Positions 31,920-43,039 of a stretch of DNA of 64,000 bases are shown in pieces. A model generated the notes under the pieces. The model saw only the letters and a program-made list of their open reading frames with translations. It had not been told where the DNA came from and ran no database searches. The DNA is from Dehalococcoidia bacterium (GTDB lineage: Bacteria; Chloroflexota; Dehalococcoidia; UBA2979). Both the position numbers and the translations under genes were made by a program. Within the stretch, counting starts at the first letter, position 1, and every line of letters begins with the position of its first letter. The stretch spans positions 608,001 to 672,000 of the forward strand of contig OZ253555.1 of the NCBI GenBank assembly GCA_965262725.1, given 5' to 3'.

Positions 31920-33494
31920 GTGCATGGTGAGTGGTGCAGCTCAGCGCGGGTGATCGTGGGCGCTGTCGCGGTGGCGCTGGTGGCTCTTGCCTGCGGCGGC
32001 GGGACCGGAGACACCAGCGAAGGCGGCCTCGCCGAGAGGATCGCGGCGCTGGAGGTGGCCGCCGTCGAGACACCATCTCCATCTCCACAGCCCGTCGCGA
32101 CGGATTTGCCGCCAACCGGGACGCCGACGGCTGCACCCGCGCCATCGCCGCAGGCCCCGCGGCCGCTCCCGACGGTGGCCGCCACCGCCGAGACGGTCAT
32201 GCCGCCCCAGGTCCGATACGTCTCGGATACGGGCGGCTCCGGAGTCAGCCACCGGGACGACTGCCGCGAGACGGCGCGCACCGGGCAGGCGGGACTGTCC
32301 GAAGGCCAGCGGGTGCTGCGCGAGGCCAGGGGCATCGGTCGCTGCGATGGCTGGTCCCTCGTGCGGGCCAGCGGACGCGCGAGCTGGGTCCGCACCGGCT
32401 ACCTGAGCGAGGCGCCGCTGCAGGTGACGCCGCCTCGCATCGCCACCGTGGCGCCTGTCCACACGGCCACCGCGGCGCCGCCCCCTGCGGCCTGCCGGAT
32501 CGAGGATGCCGCTGCCCGGGTCGTCGGCAGCACGGCGCTGGTCGTCGGGGCCGAGGGAGGCCGGGGCACTGCGTTCTACGTCGGGAATGGCGAGTGGGTC
32601 ACGGCCGCGCATGTGGTCGAGGACGTGCTCTCCGTCACGCTTCGCTCCGCGAGCGTCGACCTGCGAGCGGAGGTGCGCGGGCTGCATCCCACGAGCGACA
32701 TTGCGATTCTCGGCGCCGCGTCGGATCTCCCCGCGCTGCGGTGGGGCAGTCTGCCGAGCGTAGGGGCGCCGGTCGCGACGGCCGGATACCCGCGGGGCGT
32801 CGGCACCATCGCGTCTCTCACGAGGGGGCACGTCTCACGCCTCGTCAGGTTCGACTCGGATATCCACATACAGACCGACACGGCGATGAGCCCCGGCAAC
32901 AGCGGGGGGCCGCTCTTCGACGCGTGCGGCGATGTCGTGGGCGTGGTGACGTCCAAGTGGGTCGACGAGGCCATAGAGGGGGTCGGCTTCGCCCTCGCCA
33001 ACCCGACCGCCGAGGAGCGCCTCGCCGTCGTTCGCTCGGGGCCGACGGCCGAGGAGGTGGGCGAGCTGCTCGTGGCGGTCTTCGATGGCTGGCGCACGGC
33101 CAATGAGGAGCTGGACGCGCTCACTGCCGAGTGGAACGCCGTGGCGGAGGCCGCACGCCTTCCCTCCGCCGCGCTCGAGACGATCGCCGCGCGCCGCACC
33201 GTGGCGGCTCAGCGCATGTTCGAGCTGCTGCGCGGCCGCGAGGGCGATCCGGCGCTGGGCGTGCCGGCGATGCGCAGGTGGTGGGCGCACGCGCTTGCCT
33301 ACTGGCGGGACGAGACCTACCTCGGCGTCATCATGCAGCGGCGTGCGCAGGCGACAACCGATGTGGCGGCTTTCGAGGCCGCACGGGCCGTAACGAGTGC
33401 GGCCTTCGGCTCGTACGAGGACGCGGAGTGCGCCGTTGCGGAGCACTTCGAACTCTCCGGCTGGACGCGCGAAGACGGCTCGCCCTGCTACTAG
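31920..33494 (+). CDS. Trypsin-like serine protease lipoprotein
   Basis: ALAC lipobox, Pro/Thr linkers, TAAHV, SDIA, GNSGGP; start uncertain. Confidence 0.85.
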   Translation: MHGEWCSSARVIVGAVAVALVALACGGGTGDTSEGGLAERIAALEVAAVETPSPSPQPVATDLPPTGTPTAAPAPSPQAPRPLPTVAATAETVMPPQVRYVSDTGGSGVSHRDDCRETARTGQAGLSEGQRVLREARGIGRCDGWSLVRASGRASWVRTGYLSEAPLQVTPPRIATVAPVHTATAAPPPAACRIEDAAARVVGSTALVVGAEGGRGTAFYVGNGEWVTAAHVVEDVLSVTLRSASVDLRAEVRGLHPTSDIAILGAASDLPALRWGSLPSVGAPVATAGYPRGVGTIASLTRGHVSRLVRFDSDIHIQTDTAMSPGNSGGPLFDACGDVVGVVTSKWVDEAIEGVGFALANPTAEERLAVVRSGPTAEEVGELLVAVFDGWRTANEELDALTAEWNAVAEAARLPSAALETIAARRTVAAQRMFELLRGREGDPALGVPAMRRWWAHALAYWRDETYLGVIMQRRAQATTDVAAFEAARAVTSAAFGSYEDAECAVAEHFELSGWTREDGSPCY

Positions 33495-33629
33495 CGGCTC
33501 TCCTGAACCGGGGCGGGCCGCGAGGCTCGGTGGGGCATTGCTCCCCCGGCGCTGCGGATCTCGACGCGCGGGCGGTGCCTTTGCTCCCGGACGCGCGCCT
33601 GCGGACCGGATTCCCCTTTTGCTGCTCCC

Positions 33630-33850
33630 GGACGGTCGGAGGGAGAGCGCGGCAACAACGCCGAAATGATCTGAGAGCTTCCGCTCATCGAGGACATGGC
33701 TGATCACGTCCACCCGCTCTACCGTGAGATCCTCGCTGAGCGCAATGTGGTCGATACTCTTGCGACCTTGGAAGGTAACGGGACCGGTCGCGATCGTGAT
33801 GTCCGATGGCTTCCCGGCGCTGGCCCTCCTGATCATTCTGTTCATCGTCG
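33630..33850 (-). pseudogene. Endonuclease/exonuclease/phosphatase C-terminal fragment
   Basis: SIDHIALS...LSDHFGV motifs with no N-terminal part. Confidence 0.6.
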
Positions 33851-34171
33851 GCTCGGTATCCGAGCCGAGCGAGCCCGTCCCGCCCGCCACGCCGACGCCC
33901 GGGGTGTTCGCGCGCGCGGTGGCTGAGTCCACGCCCGACCGAGCCTACGGCCGGAGGGTTGGTGCCCGAGCAGGACGATCCAGGTGCCGAGGCCAGCCGC
34001 GACACCGCGCCCACCCGCGCCAGCCGCGCTCCCGTGGTGGCAGCGGCTCCCGTGGCCCTTGCCGAACCCGCCGCATAACGAGGGTCAGGTGGGCGCGAGG
34101 CTTGCGGCGTCCCCTTGCGCGTTCCCCCGCACCCACCGCTAGCATGGGGGAAGCCCGGGGAGGGAAGCGCC

Positions 34172-36490
34172 ATGCGCCGCCGCTATGGGCGGTACTCGTT
34201 GCCACTGCTCGCGGCCGTGCTCGCGCTCTCGGCAGCACCGACCGCCTGCAGCAGCGAGCCGGCCCGTGCCCCGGCGCCCGCGGTGGCCACGGTCGCGCCT
34301 TCGCGCGAGGCGCCGAGCCTGCCCGGGCCGACACCTCCGGCGACGGCGACGCCCCTGCCGACGCTCACAGCCAGCGCGACGCCGACGCCGGCCCTCCCGC
34401 CGACCGATTCGCCTTCGCCAACTCCGACTGTGGCGCCCCCGCCGACGGCGATTCCTACGCCGATCCCCACGCCGGCGACCACTCCGACGATTTCCGATCG
34501 GGCGGTCATCGAGGTCGTTGTCGACACCTGCCTGAACCTGCGCGAGGAGCCCTCGCTCGACGCGGCGGTCCGCACGTGCCTTCCGAACGGCGCCACCGTG
34601 AAGATCGCCGCGCCGCCATGGGAACACGGCAGAGCGAGCGATCTCCCGTGGCTGTACATCCGCACGAATGACGGGCTCGAGGGCTGGGCGAGCGCGGAGT
34701 ATCTGCGCCGGCACCGCGACGGCGCTCGGCTGGAGGAGGCGCCGGCACCCACGTTGCCGCCCGCGGGCGCCGGGCTGGCCACACCACCGGGCGTCTTCGC
34801 GGCGGTCGCCCTGGGTGGCCACTACGACGCCTGTGTGCTCACGGCGGCCAGGGAGGCAGTCTGCTGGGATATGAACGCCGCCGAGGAGGCAGTCGCCCTG
34901 CCTGGTCCGTACATCGCGATCGACGCGGCCGGGGGGACCACCTGCGCGGTCACGGCAGGCGGCGAGCCCGTCTGCTGGGGCAGCGACGAGTCAGCCGCCG
35001 ACGCCCCGCCTGGCCGGTATACGACGGTCAGCACGACCGAGGGCTACACGTGCGGGCTGACCGAGGCCGGCGAGGCGGTCTGCTGGGGCAGCCACAGCGA
35101 GCGTGCCCACAGGCAACGGGCCGAGGAGGGTGATACCGAGTGGTCCGGCTGGCCCCTGGGAAGGATGCCCGACCCCCCGCCCGACACCTACGTCGCGATC
35201 ACCGTCGGCTACTCGGGCTATCTCGACGGCAGCGTGTTGTCGGCCTGCGCCGCGCGGGCCGGCGGAGGACGTGCATGCTGGAGTTCGAGCGGGAAGTACG
35301 ACTACGACGAGGAGAGGCTCATCTGGGTCGGGGGCGGCGACCCGGCGGTGCCCGTGATCAACGGAGATTTCTGCTCCGTGAATGGGTGGGGACCTCCCTC
35401 CTGCAACTCGTATGGCCGCGGCTACACGGCGATCAGCGAGGGGGGAAGCCACACCTGCGCCATCACCCTCGACGGGGCTGCTGAGTGCTGGTCGTTCGAA
35501 GTCGGTGTCGGAGCGCTCGATGTGATGCACCCGCCCGATCCCTCGCCTGCCCGCTACGCGGCGATCAGCACGGATGGCCCCTACGGCTGCGCCGTGACGG
35601 ATGCCGGGGATCTCGCCTGCTGGGAGTCGGAGCGAAATGTGACGCCATCGCCCGACCCCGCGCCGGGCCCTTACGTGTCTGTGAGCGACGGAACGAGCCA
35701 TACCTGCGCGCTGACGGAGGCGGGCGAGGCGGTCTGCTGGGGCCTCACAAACCACGGGCAGACCCACGTGCCCCCCGGTGAGTACACAGCGATCAGCGCG
35801 GGTGAGTTCCACACATGTGCCCTGACCGTGACCGGCGAAGCGGTCTGCTGGGGCGCGATCTACGCCGACGCGCCTGCGGGGAGGTACGCAGCGCTCAGCG
35901 CGGGCTCGCCCGAGACCGGGGGCACCGCCTGCGCGCTGACGTATGCCGGGGAGCCGATCTGCTGGGGTGATCCGTACGGCATAGAGCCCCCGGCGGGTCG
36001 CTACGTGGCGATCGATGTACGCGATCAGCGTGGCTGCGCGCTCACCGAGGCAGGCGAAGCGGTTTGCTGGAATCGCAATGGCTCGCGAAACCTTGATGTC
36101 CCGTCGGATCCCTTCGCGGCGATCGGGGTGGGCGGTGGACGAACCTGCGCGCTCACGGCGCTCGGCGGGGTTCTCTGCTGGGACCGTGATGGCACGGTGA
36201 TGACCGGTACCCCCTCGGGTCATCACGTAGCCTTGGCCGTCGGCTGGAACCACGCCTGCGCGCTCACCGAGGGAGGCGAGGCGGCCTGCTGGGCATGGCG
36301 GTACAGCCGGTACAGGGGCCTGGAGGAGGAGGGTCCCTACGAGGGCGAGTTGACGCAGCCTCCACCCGGGCACTATATCGCGATCAGCGCGAGCGAGTAC
36401 CGGTCGTGCGCGCTCACCGAGGCAGGCGATGTCGTGTGCTGGGGCGACGCGGCGTACACGCGCATCCCCCGCCCGCTCAGCATCGAGTGA
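34172..36490 (+). CDS. Lipoprotein with SH3-like domain and RCC1-like repeats
   Basis: Signal peptide ending TAC, CLNLREEP...GWASAEYL, more than 10 repeats of (H)TCALTEAGEAVCWG. Confidence 0.88.
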   Translation: MRRRYGRYSLPLLAAVLALSAAPTACSSEPARAPAPAVATVAPSREAPSLPGPTPPATATPLPTLTASATPTPALPPTDSPSPTPTVAPPPTAIPTPIPTPATTPTISDRAVIEVVVDTCLNLREEPSLDAAVRTCLPNGATVKIAAPPWEHGRASDLPWLYIRTNDGLEGWASAEYLRRHRDGARLEEAPAPTLPPAGAGLATPPGVFAAVALGGHYDACVLTAAREAVCWDMNAAEEAVALPGPYIAIDAAGGTTCAVTAGGEPVCWGSDESAADAPPGRYTTVSTTEGYTCGLTEAGEAVCWGSHSERAHRQRAEEGDTEWSGWPLGRMPDPPPDTYVAITVGYSGYLDGSVLSACAARAGGGRACWSSSGKYDYDEERLIWVGGGDPAVPVINGDFCSVNGWGPPSCNSYGRGYTAISEGGSHTCAITLDGAAECWSFEVGVGALDVMHPPDPSPARYAAISTDGPYGCAVTDAGDLACWESERNVTPSPDPAPGPYVSVSDGTSHTCALTEAGEAVCWGLTNHGQTHVPPGEYTAISAGEFHTCALTVTGEAVCWGAIYADAPAGRYAALSAGSPETGGTACALTYAGEPICWGDPYGIEPPAGRYVAIDVRDQRGCALTEAGEAVCWNRNGSRNLDVPSDPFAAIGVGGGRTCALTALGGVLCWDRDGTVMTGTPSGHHVALAVGWNHACALTEGGEAACWAWRYSRYRGLEEEGPYEGELTQPPPGHYIAISASEYRSCALTEAGDVVCWGDAAYTRIPRPLSIE

Positions 36491-36589
36491 CGCCGCTGGC
36501 CGAATTGTCCGGACGCGGTCATCTGGTGTCGCGCGTTCGCCGCTCCGGTCTGGACGGCGCCGCTCATCGCCGGGGTGCGGGGACTTCCA

Positions 36590-36738
36590 GCCTGAACCGC
36601 CTCAACGTCGCGACCAGTCGCGCGCAGTGCCTCGCCGTCGTCGTGGCCGGCCCGGGCCTGCTCGGGGCGCTCTGCCGCACGCCGCGGCAGATGCAGCTGG
36701 CGAACGCGTTGTCGAGGCTCGTCGAAGTTTCGCCGTAG
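36590..36738 (+). pseudogene. SF1 helicase C-terminal remnant
   Basis: NRLNVATSRAQCLAVVV...CRTPRQMQLANAL (motif VI only). Confidence 0.6.
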
Positions 36739-36909
36739 GTTAGAATGCGCACCGAAGTCGTGCACGTACGTCTGTTCACAGTCGCAGATGAACCGGGGTC
36801 CACCGCTGCTCCTCGCAAATAGAGGTCTGCGCATCGCGTGACGGCGCCGCGGCCATTGGCGGCTGGGACGTAGGCGCCTCATGGTGTCTTGGAAGAAACG
36901 GACGCGAAG

Positions 36910-38733
36910 ATGGACGCCAACCCTTACCCGCTGAGGCAGATCCTCGCCCTGGAGCGGCGATACGTGGTTCCCACCTTTCAGCGTGACTACGAGTGGACGA
37001 AGGACGGCCAGTGGGAACTGCTCTTCGACGACCTCGATGCGATCGCCCAGCGGCTTGGAGGAGCACGGCGCCTCGCTGCCCAGGAGGGGCGAGAGGCTGC
37101 CGAGGCTGACAGGGATGTCTCGCCGCACTTTCTCGGGGCGGTCGTTCTTGATCAGTTGCCGTCGCCTGCCGGTGGAATCGGCATGCGTGCCGTTATCGAT
37201 GGGCAACAGCGGATCACCACACTGCAGCTTCTCATCAGGGGTCTCCTCGATGTCCTTCTGGAGTATGAGTCCCCGCGACGGGGAATGGTGCGGCGGCTCC
37301 TTAGAAACCCGGACGACGTCGTCGCCAGCCCAGACGAGGCTCACAAACTCTGGCCGCGCAAGCGCGACCGTGAGGCTTGGCGAGAGGTGATGCAGGACGA
37401 GCAACCGGAGATCAATCATCCCTATGCGGACGCGCGCGTCTACTTTGCCGACCGGGTCCGCGATGCCGTAATCGCCGGCGACGCGGAACCCCGTGCAACG
37501 CTCGATCTTCTCGTGGACGGGTGCCTAGACCTCTTCCGACTCGTCGTGATCGACCTCGATCCGAACGACGACGCTCAGGTAATCTTCGAAGTATTGAATG
37601 GCCGACAGACGCCACTCTCATCGGCAGACCTCGTAAAAAACCTGCTCTTCCTCCGCGCTGAATCGAGTAGCCCATCAGAGATCGACCGACTGTATGACCG
37701 CTATTGGTCGAGGTTCGACGATGAATGGTGGAAGCATGAGGTGGGGCGCGGGCATGCCGCACGTCGGCACACAGACGTGATGCTCGCTGCATGGCTGACT
37801 GCGACCGACGAGGAGCCCGGTCACCCAGACCGGCTCTACGGGCACGTTCGCCGCCTCGTCGATCGCCGGCACATCAGCATTCCCGACTTGCTGGAGGGGA
37901 TCGGGAGGTACGCAGAGCATTATCGGAACTTCCGGGGAGCGCGACCGGTCGAGGACCTCCGCATCCGGACTGCATACGAACGGCTGCAGGCGCTGGGGGC
38001 GGTTACAGCGCTGCCGCTCGTTCTTTGGCTGCGTGACCTGCGACTCTCGGCGGCAACGGAGAGGAGGGCTGTCGTCGCGCTGGAGTCCTACCTAGTTCGT
38101 CGCGCAGCGATTGGAGCGAGCACGCGCGCGTACCAGCAAGTCTTTCGCGACGTCTTATCTGGTGCTAAGGAAGCCCTCAATACGGGAGAGTCTCCCGATA
38201 TGGCGGTCGAGAAGAGCCTCCTGGCGCTCGAGGCAAACGCCTGGCCGCGGGACGAGGAGGTCCGTGAGGCGTTCGTCAGCAGACGTTATTATGGGGTCGT
38301 TGCCCAGTACCTGATCCGATTACTGTTCGCGGCGATCGAAGAGCGTCTGAAGACTGAGAACAGACTCACAGAGCAGACGGCGGTTCCTTACGACGCCTTG
38401 ACCATCGAACACATCATGCCGCAGTCCTGGCGCGAGAACTGGCCGATCAGCGCGGCGAACGAGGCGGAGCAAACGCTCGCCGAACAACGGCGCGACACAC
38501 ATCTGCACAGACTAGGTAATCTGACCTTGCTGAACGGATCGTTGAACACGCTCCAGTCCAACGCACCGTGGTCCGAGAAGCGATTGGCGCTTGCCAAACA
38601 CTCAGCGTTGCGCCTAAACGCTGACTTGGTGACGAACGCAGTGTGGCGTACGTGGGACGAGCAGAAGATCGTAGAACGCGGCGAGTACCTGGCAGCTGTG
38701 GCCTGCCGGGCGTGGCCACGGCCGACTGACTGA
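36910..38733 (+). CDS. DUF262 plus DUF1524/HNH nuclease (GmrSD/SspE-like)
   Basis: VPTFQRDYEW, HFLG, IDGQQRITT, FEVLNGR, IEHIMPQ, LGNLTLL...N. Confidence 0.92.
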   Translation: MDANPYPLRQILALERRYVVPTFQRDYEWTKDGQWELLFDDLDAIAQRLGGARRLAAQEGREAAEADRDVSPHFLGAVVLDQLPSPAGGIGMRAVIDGQQRITTLQLLIRGLLDVLLEYESPRRGMVRRLLRNPDDVVASPDEAHKLWPRKRDREAWREVMQDEQPEINHPYADARVYFADRVRDAVIAGDAEPRATLDLLVDGCLDLFRLVVIDLDPNDDAQVIFEVLNGRQTPLSSADLVKNLLFLRAESSSPSEIDRLYDRYWSRFDDEWWKHEVGRGHAARRHTDVMLAAWLTATDEEPGHPDRLYGHVRRLVDRRHISIPDLLEGIGRYAEHYRNFRGARPVEDLRIRTAYERLQALGAVTALPLVLWLRDLRLSAATERRAVVALESYLVRRAAIGASTRAYQQVFRDVLSGAKEALNTGESPDMAVEKSLLALEANAWPRDEEVREAFVSRRYYGVVAQYLIRLLFAAIEERLKTENRLTEQTAVPYDALTIEHIMPQSWRENWPISAANEAEQTLAEQRRDTHLHRLGNLTLLNGSLNTLQSNAPWSEKRLALAKHSALRLNADLVTNAVWRTWDEQKIVERGEYLAAVACRAWPRPTD

Positions 38734-39289
38734 CGGACTTCGGCATGTGGACGGGCGAGCCGAAGCTTCGCCCCTCAGATTCGCTTGAGTGGATTCGCCG
38801 GAGCGCCCGCGACGCTTATCGACAACACCATCTGTCATGCCAACACCTCGCGGTTCCCGGGCGCGCTGTAGCTGCGAGATCGGTAGGTGCGACCTGGATG
38901 GCCCAGCCACGCGCCAGTAGCGAGCTGATCAGAGTTGTCACATAAGTGACCTGCCGTCGTTAAGGCTAGCGAGCGCTCCGCGGACCGGCTTCGGTAGGTC
39001 TCGCCAAGGCGGAAGCACGTAGCCGATGTGGAGCGAGCGATGATTTCGAGGTGGCGAGCCGGATCGCCACCGAATACCGCACGCAGGGGTCCGAACAGGG
39101 CGCCCGCGACCTCCTCAACCGAATATTTCGCCCGTCGCGGTCCGAAGGCCGCAGGCGCACGGACCGCCGCCCACAGCCCACGTTCGTCCTACTTGGCCGA
39201 AAGGGCGGAAGCGATCATCGTCATGGACTCTGACCTACGGAGCCGGTGAGAGGGAGGGGCGAGCATGTCCATTCGCGACGGACACAGGC

Positions 39290-40707
39290 AGTAGCGTCCC
39301 AGCAAGTGGTGTCACAGGCGGGGAGACGGTCTCCGCAGGGGGACCTACTACCGACCACGGTGCCCATGCAGGTGGACGTAAGAGACCACCGCATCATCCT
39401 TCACGAAGTTATGACGAACGTGGAGGAGGACGACGGTGGTCAGAGAGAGCGTGGACGTGTTGGAACTGCTCCGCAAGCAGGCATCGGGAGCTGACCTCGA
39501 TTTCCTGCGCGAAGCGGTGGCTGTGCTCGCCGAGGCGGTCATGGACCAGGAGGTCTCGGCGCAGGTCGGCGCCGGCTACGGCGAGCGCAGCGAGATGCGC
39601 ACCACCCGGCGCAACGGCTACAGGCAAAGACGCTGGGACACGCGGGTGGGCAGCATCGACCTGCAGATCCCGAAGCTCCGCCAGGGGTCCTACTTCCCGG
39701 CGCTGCTCGAGCCCCGGCGCCGCTCAGAGCGCGCCTTGCTAGCCGTCGTCCAGCAAGCGTACGTGGAGGGCGTCTCCACTCGCCGCGTCGACGACCTCGT
39801 GCGCTCGCTCGGCTGCGAGGGCATCTCCAAGAGCCAGGTCTCGCGTATCTGCTCGGAGCTCGACACGGTCGTCACAAGTTTCCTCGGCCGGCCCCTGGAC
39901 TCCGGCCCCTACCGATACCTCTGGCTCGACGCGCTCACCCAGCGGGTGCGCGAGGAGGGCCGCATCGCCCAGGTGAGCGTCGTCGTCGCCACCGCGGTCA
40001 ACGTGGAGGGGAAGCGCGAGGTGCTGGGCATCGACGTCGGTACCAGCGAGGACGGGGCCTTCTGGCTGGCATTTCTCCGCGGCCTCGTAGCACGAGGGCT
40101 CTCCGGCGTGGAGCTGGTGACCTCCGACGCCCACCAGGGCCTGAGGGGAGCGATCGCGACCGTCTTCGGCGGCGCCTCCTGGCAGCGCTGCCGTACCCAC
40201 TTCATGCGGAACCTGCTCACACGCGTGCCGAAGAGCGCCGAGGCGCTGGTGGCGACGACCGTGCGCACCATCTACCAGCAGCCCTCGGCCTCCGAGGTGC
40301 ACGCCCAGCACACGCGGGTCGTGGAGCAGCTCGGTGCGCGCTTCCCGCAGGCCGCGGCAATGCTCGCCGACGCCGCGGAGGAGATCCTGGCGTTCACGGC
40401 CTTCCCGGTGGCGCACTGGCGGCAGATCTGGTCGAACAACCCCCAGGAGCGGCTCAACAAGGAGATCCGCCGGCGCACCAACGTGGTCGGCATCTTCCCC
40501 AACCGCTCAGCGGTCATCCGGCTCATCGGTGCGGTGCTCTCCGAGCAGCACGACGAGTGGGCCGTGGGGCGGCGCTACATGACGATGATGACGCTGCTCT
40601 CCCCGCCGGGGAGTGAGCTCACGTCAGGCAAGGAGGTGCTGCTGCAGGCTGCCGGCTAACAAATGATAAGGATGATGCGCAGTGACACCACTTGCCGGGA
40701 CGTGACC
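39290..40707 (+). mobile_element. IS256-family insertion sequence
   Basis: Inverted repeats CGTCCC(A/G)GCAAGTGGTGTCAC at both ends; no target duplication. Confidence 0.9.
39436..40659 (+). CDS. IS256 transposase
   Basis: RNGYR, YVEGVSTR, SDAHQGL, WQRC.THF, NPQERLNKEIRRR. Confidence 0.96.
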   Translation: MVRESVDVLELLRKQASGADLDFLREAVAVLAEAVMDQEVSAQVGAGYGERSEMRTTRRNGYRQRRWDTRVGSIDLQIPKLRQGSYFPALLEPRRRSERALLAVVQQAYVEGVSTRRVDDLVRSLGCEGISKSQVSRICSELDTVVTSFLGRPLDSGPYRYLWLDALTQRVREEGRIAQVSVVVATAVNVEGKREVLGIDVGTSEDGAFWLAFLRGLVARGLSGVELVTSDAHQGLRGAIATVFGGASWQRCRTHFMRNLLTRVPKSAEALVATTVRTIYQQPSASEVHAQHTRVVEQLGARFPQAAAMLADAAEEILAFTAFPVAHWRQIWSNNPQERLNKEIRRRTNVVGIFPNRSAVIRLIGAVLSEQHDEWAVGRRYMTMMTLLSPPGSELTSGKEVLLQAAG

Positions 40708-42314
40708 CGGAGACGCTCGATCGCCTGTTCGACGCGCTCTTCGGCGACGAGCCGGAGGAGACGCGCGCCGAGATCCGCCGGCGCTACGCGAACAAGGAGC
40801 GGATCGCGGGGGCCGCGAAACGGATCGAGGCGATCGCGCTCGACATCGCCGAGCACTTCAGGGCGAAGATCCAGCCAAACGGGTTCAAGGCGCAGGTCGT
40901 CGTGCCGAGCCGGCAGGCCGCGCTGCGCTACGCCGAGCATCTCAACGCCTTCGGCCTCCCCGCTTACCCGGTTATCACGACCACCAACAACGACGGCTCC
41001 GAATTCCAGGTGGCCCGCGACCTGAACGAGGATGAGATCGTCGGGGCGTTCACCGACCCCGACGGCGAGCCGCAGGTCATCGTTGTCGTCGACAAGCTGA
41101 TCACCGGCTTCGACGCGCCCGTCGAGCAGGTGCTCTACCTCGACCGCGCGATCCGCGAGCACACGCTGCTGCAGGCGATCGCGCGCGTGAACCGCCCCTA
41201 CTCCCGCACGCGGGAAGGCGTCACGACCGAGAAGACCTACGGCCTCGTGGTCGACTACCATGGCGTCTCGCGCGAACTCGAGAGCGCCCTCGCGATCTTC
41301 GACCACAGCGACGTCCAGGAGGCGCTGACAGAGCTGCCCGAGGATCCCGGGCCCGCCATCCAGGCGGCGGCCGATCGCGCGGAGTCGCACTTCCGCGGAC
41401 TCCACCTCGACGACCCATGGGCCTGCGTTCACTCCTTCGATGCCGACGCGGAGACGGACGGCGACTACAAGGTGGACGCCTACGAGCACTTCGATCGCGA
41501 CTACCGCGACTTGTCGACGCTGATGGACCGCTTCCTGCCCGACAAGGCCGCCCGCGCCTACCTCGACCGACTGCGCCGGCTGACCGTGATCCGCTCGTAC
41601 GCGAGGGCGGTCTTCCTGCGCGAGCGCGCCGACATCGACTGGACCGCGGTCGGCGCCAAGGTGAAGCAGCTGCTCGACTCGCGCATCGACGCGACCGTCC
41701 GCACGCTGATGGCGCCCGTCTCCATCCTCGATGCCGACTTCGAGCAGAAGATCGAGCGACTCCCTCACGACGAGGCACGCGCCTCGGTCATGGAGCACGC
41801 GCTCCGGGCGCAGATCAAGGAGCGCGTCGCCGAGAATCCGGCGTTCTACGAGCGGCTCTCGGAGGCCCTCGAGCGGATCATCCGCGAGCTGCGCGCGAAG
41901 CTGATCGACGCTGCCGAGGGGTGCAAGCAGATGGCGGTGCTCCGCGCCCGGATCGGGCGCGAGGAGGCGATCGCCTCTGAGCAGGGCCTAACGCCGGTCG
42001 CGTTCGCCGTCTACGGTCTTCTCGCCGGCGGCGCGTCCAACGGCGCCGGCAGGGGCGGGGCGGACCGCTTCTCGGAAGAGAGCCCGGAAGTCCACATCGA
42101 GTTCGACGGTCCGCTGAAGGACGCCGCCCGCGAGATCGACGCGATCGTCGAGCAGCACAGCTCGATCATCGACTGGTGGGAGAACCTCGACGTCCAGCGC
42201 GAGATGCGGCGAGACATCAAGCGGCTGCTGCGCGAGACGAAGCGCTACGAGGAGGGCGAACTCGACGAGCTCGTGAGGCAGGTCGTCGAAGTGGCTCGGC
42301 GGCGCCTCGCATGA
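40708..42314 (+). pseudogene. hsdR: Type I restriction subunit R, C-terminal half only
   Basis: KAQVV..SR..A, VVDKLITGFDAP, LLQAIARVNR, VVDY; begins at the IS256 end. Confidence 0.88.
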
Positions 42315-43039
42315 CCGAGGGCGGCGAGGTCCGCTTCGGCGACGCCCGCATCCGCTACCAGGTCGTGCGCAGCCCGAGGCGGCACAAGACGATCGAGATC
42401 ACGGTCGATGAGCCGGGGCTGGTCACCGTCGCGGCGCCAGCGGGCACACCGGCCGCCGACCTCGAATCTGCCGTGCGCCGCCGCGCCGGCTGGATCATCC
42501 GGCACGACGGCGCGGCTTCGGCAGCTCTGCCGCCTCGCCGTTTCGTGAGCGGAGAGTCGCTACCGTACCTCGGGCGGTCCGTACTGATGGCGGTCCACCC
42601 GACCGACGGTGACGAGGTCGCCGTCCGCTTCCACCACTGGCAGTTCGATGTGGACGTACCACGCTCCTTCCAAGGGGACGATCGTCGTGCGAAGGTGCGC
42701 GCGGCCTTTGAGGCGTGGTACCGCGAGCGCGCCGGCATGAAGCTCTCGCCGCGCGTCGAGCGCATCGGGGGGCTCCTCGGCGTCCGGCCGAAGGCGGTCC
42801 TGATCCGGAGCCCGCGCAAGCGTTGGGCGAGTTGCGCTCCGGACGGGACGCTGCGCTTCAACTGGCGCGCGATCATGGCTCCGCCCGCGCTCCTCGACTA
42901 CGTCGTCGCCCACGAGCTCGCCCACCTCCGCGTCCGGGGCCACACCCCCGAGTACTGGGCCATCGTCGCGCAAGCCGTCCCGGACTACCGCCTCCGCCGC
43001 AAGCGCCTCCGCGAGGTTGGGCCGCAGCTGGGTATCTGA
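42311..43039 (+). CDS. DUF45/YgjP-like zinc metallohydrolase associated with type I R-M
   Basis: RWASC...L.FNWR...DYVVAHELAHL..H...YW; overlaps the hsdR stop (ATGA). Confidence 0.9.
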   Translation: MTEGGEVRFGDARIRYQVVRSPRRHKTIEITVDEPGLVTVAAPAGTPAADLESAVRRRAGWIIRHDGAASAALPPRRFVSGESLPYLGRSVLMAVHPTDGDEVAVRFHHWQFDVDVPRSFQGDDRRAKVRAAFEAWYRERAGMKLSPRVERIGGLLGVRPKAVLIRSPRKRWASCAPDGTLRFNWRAIMAPPALLDYVVAHELAHLRVRGHTPEYWAIVAQAVPDYRLRRKRLREVGPQLGI

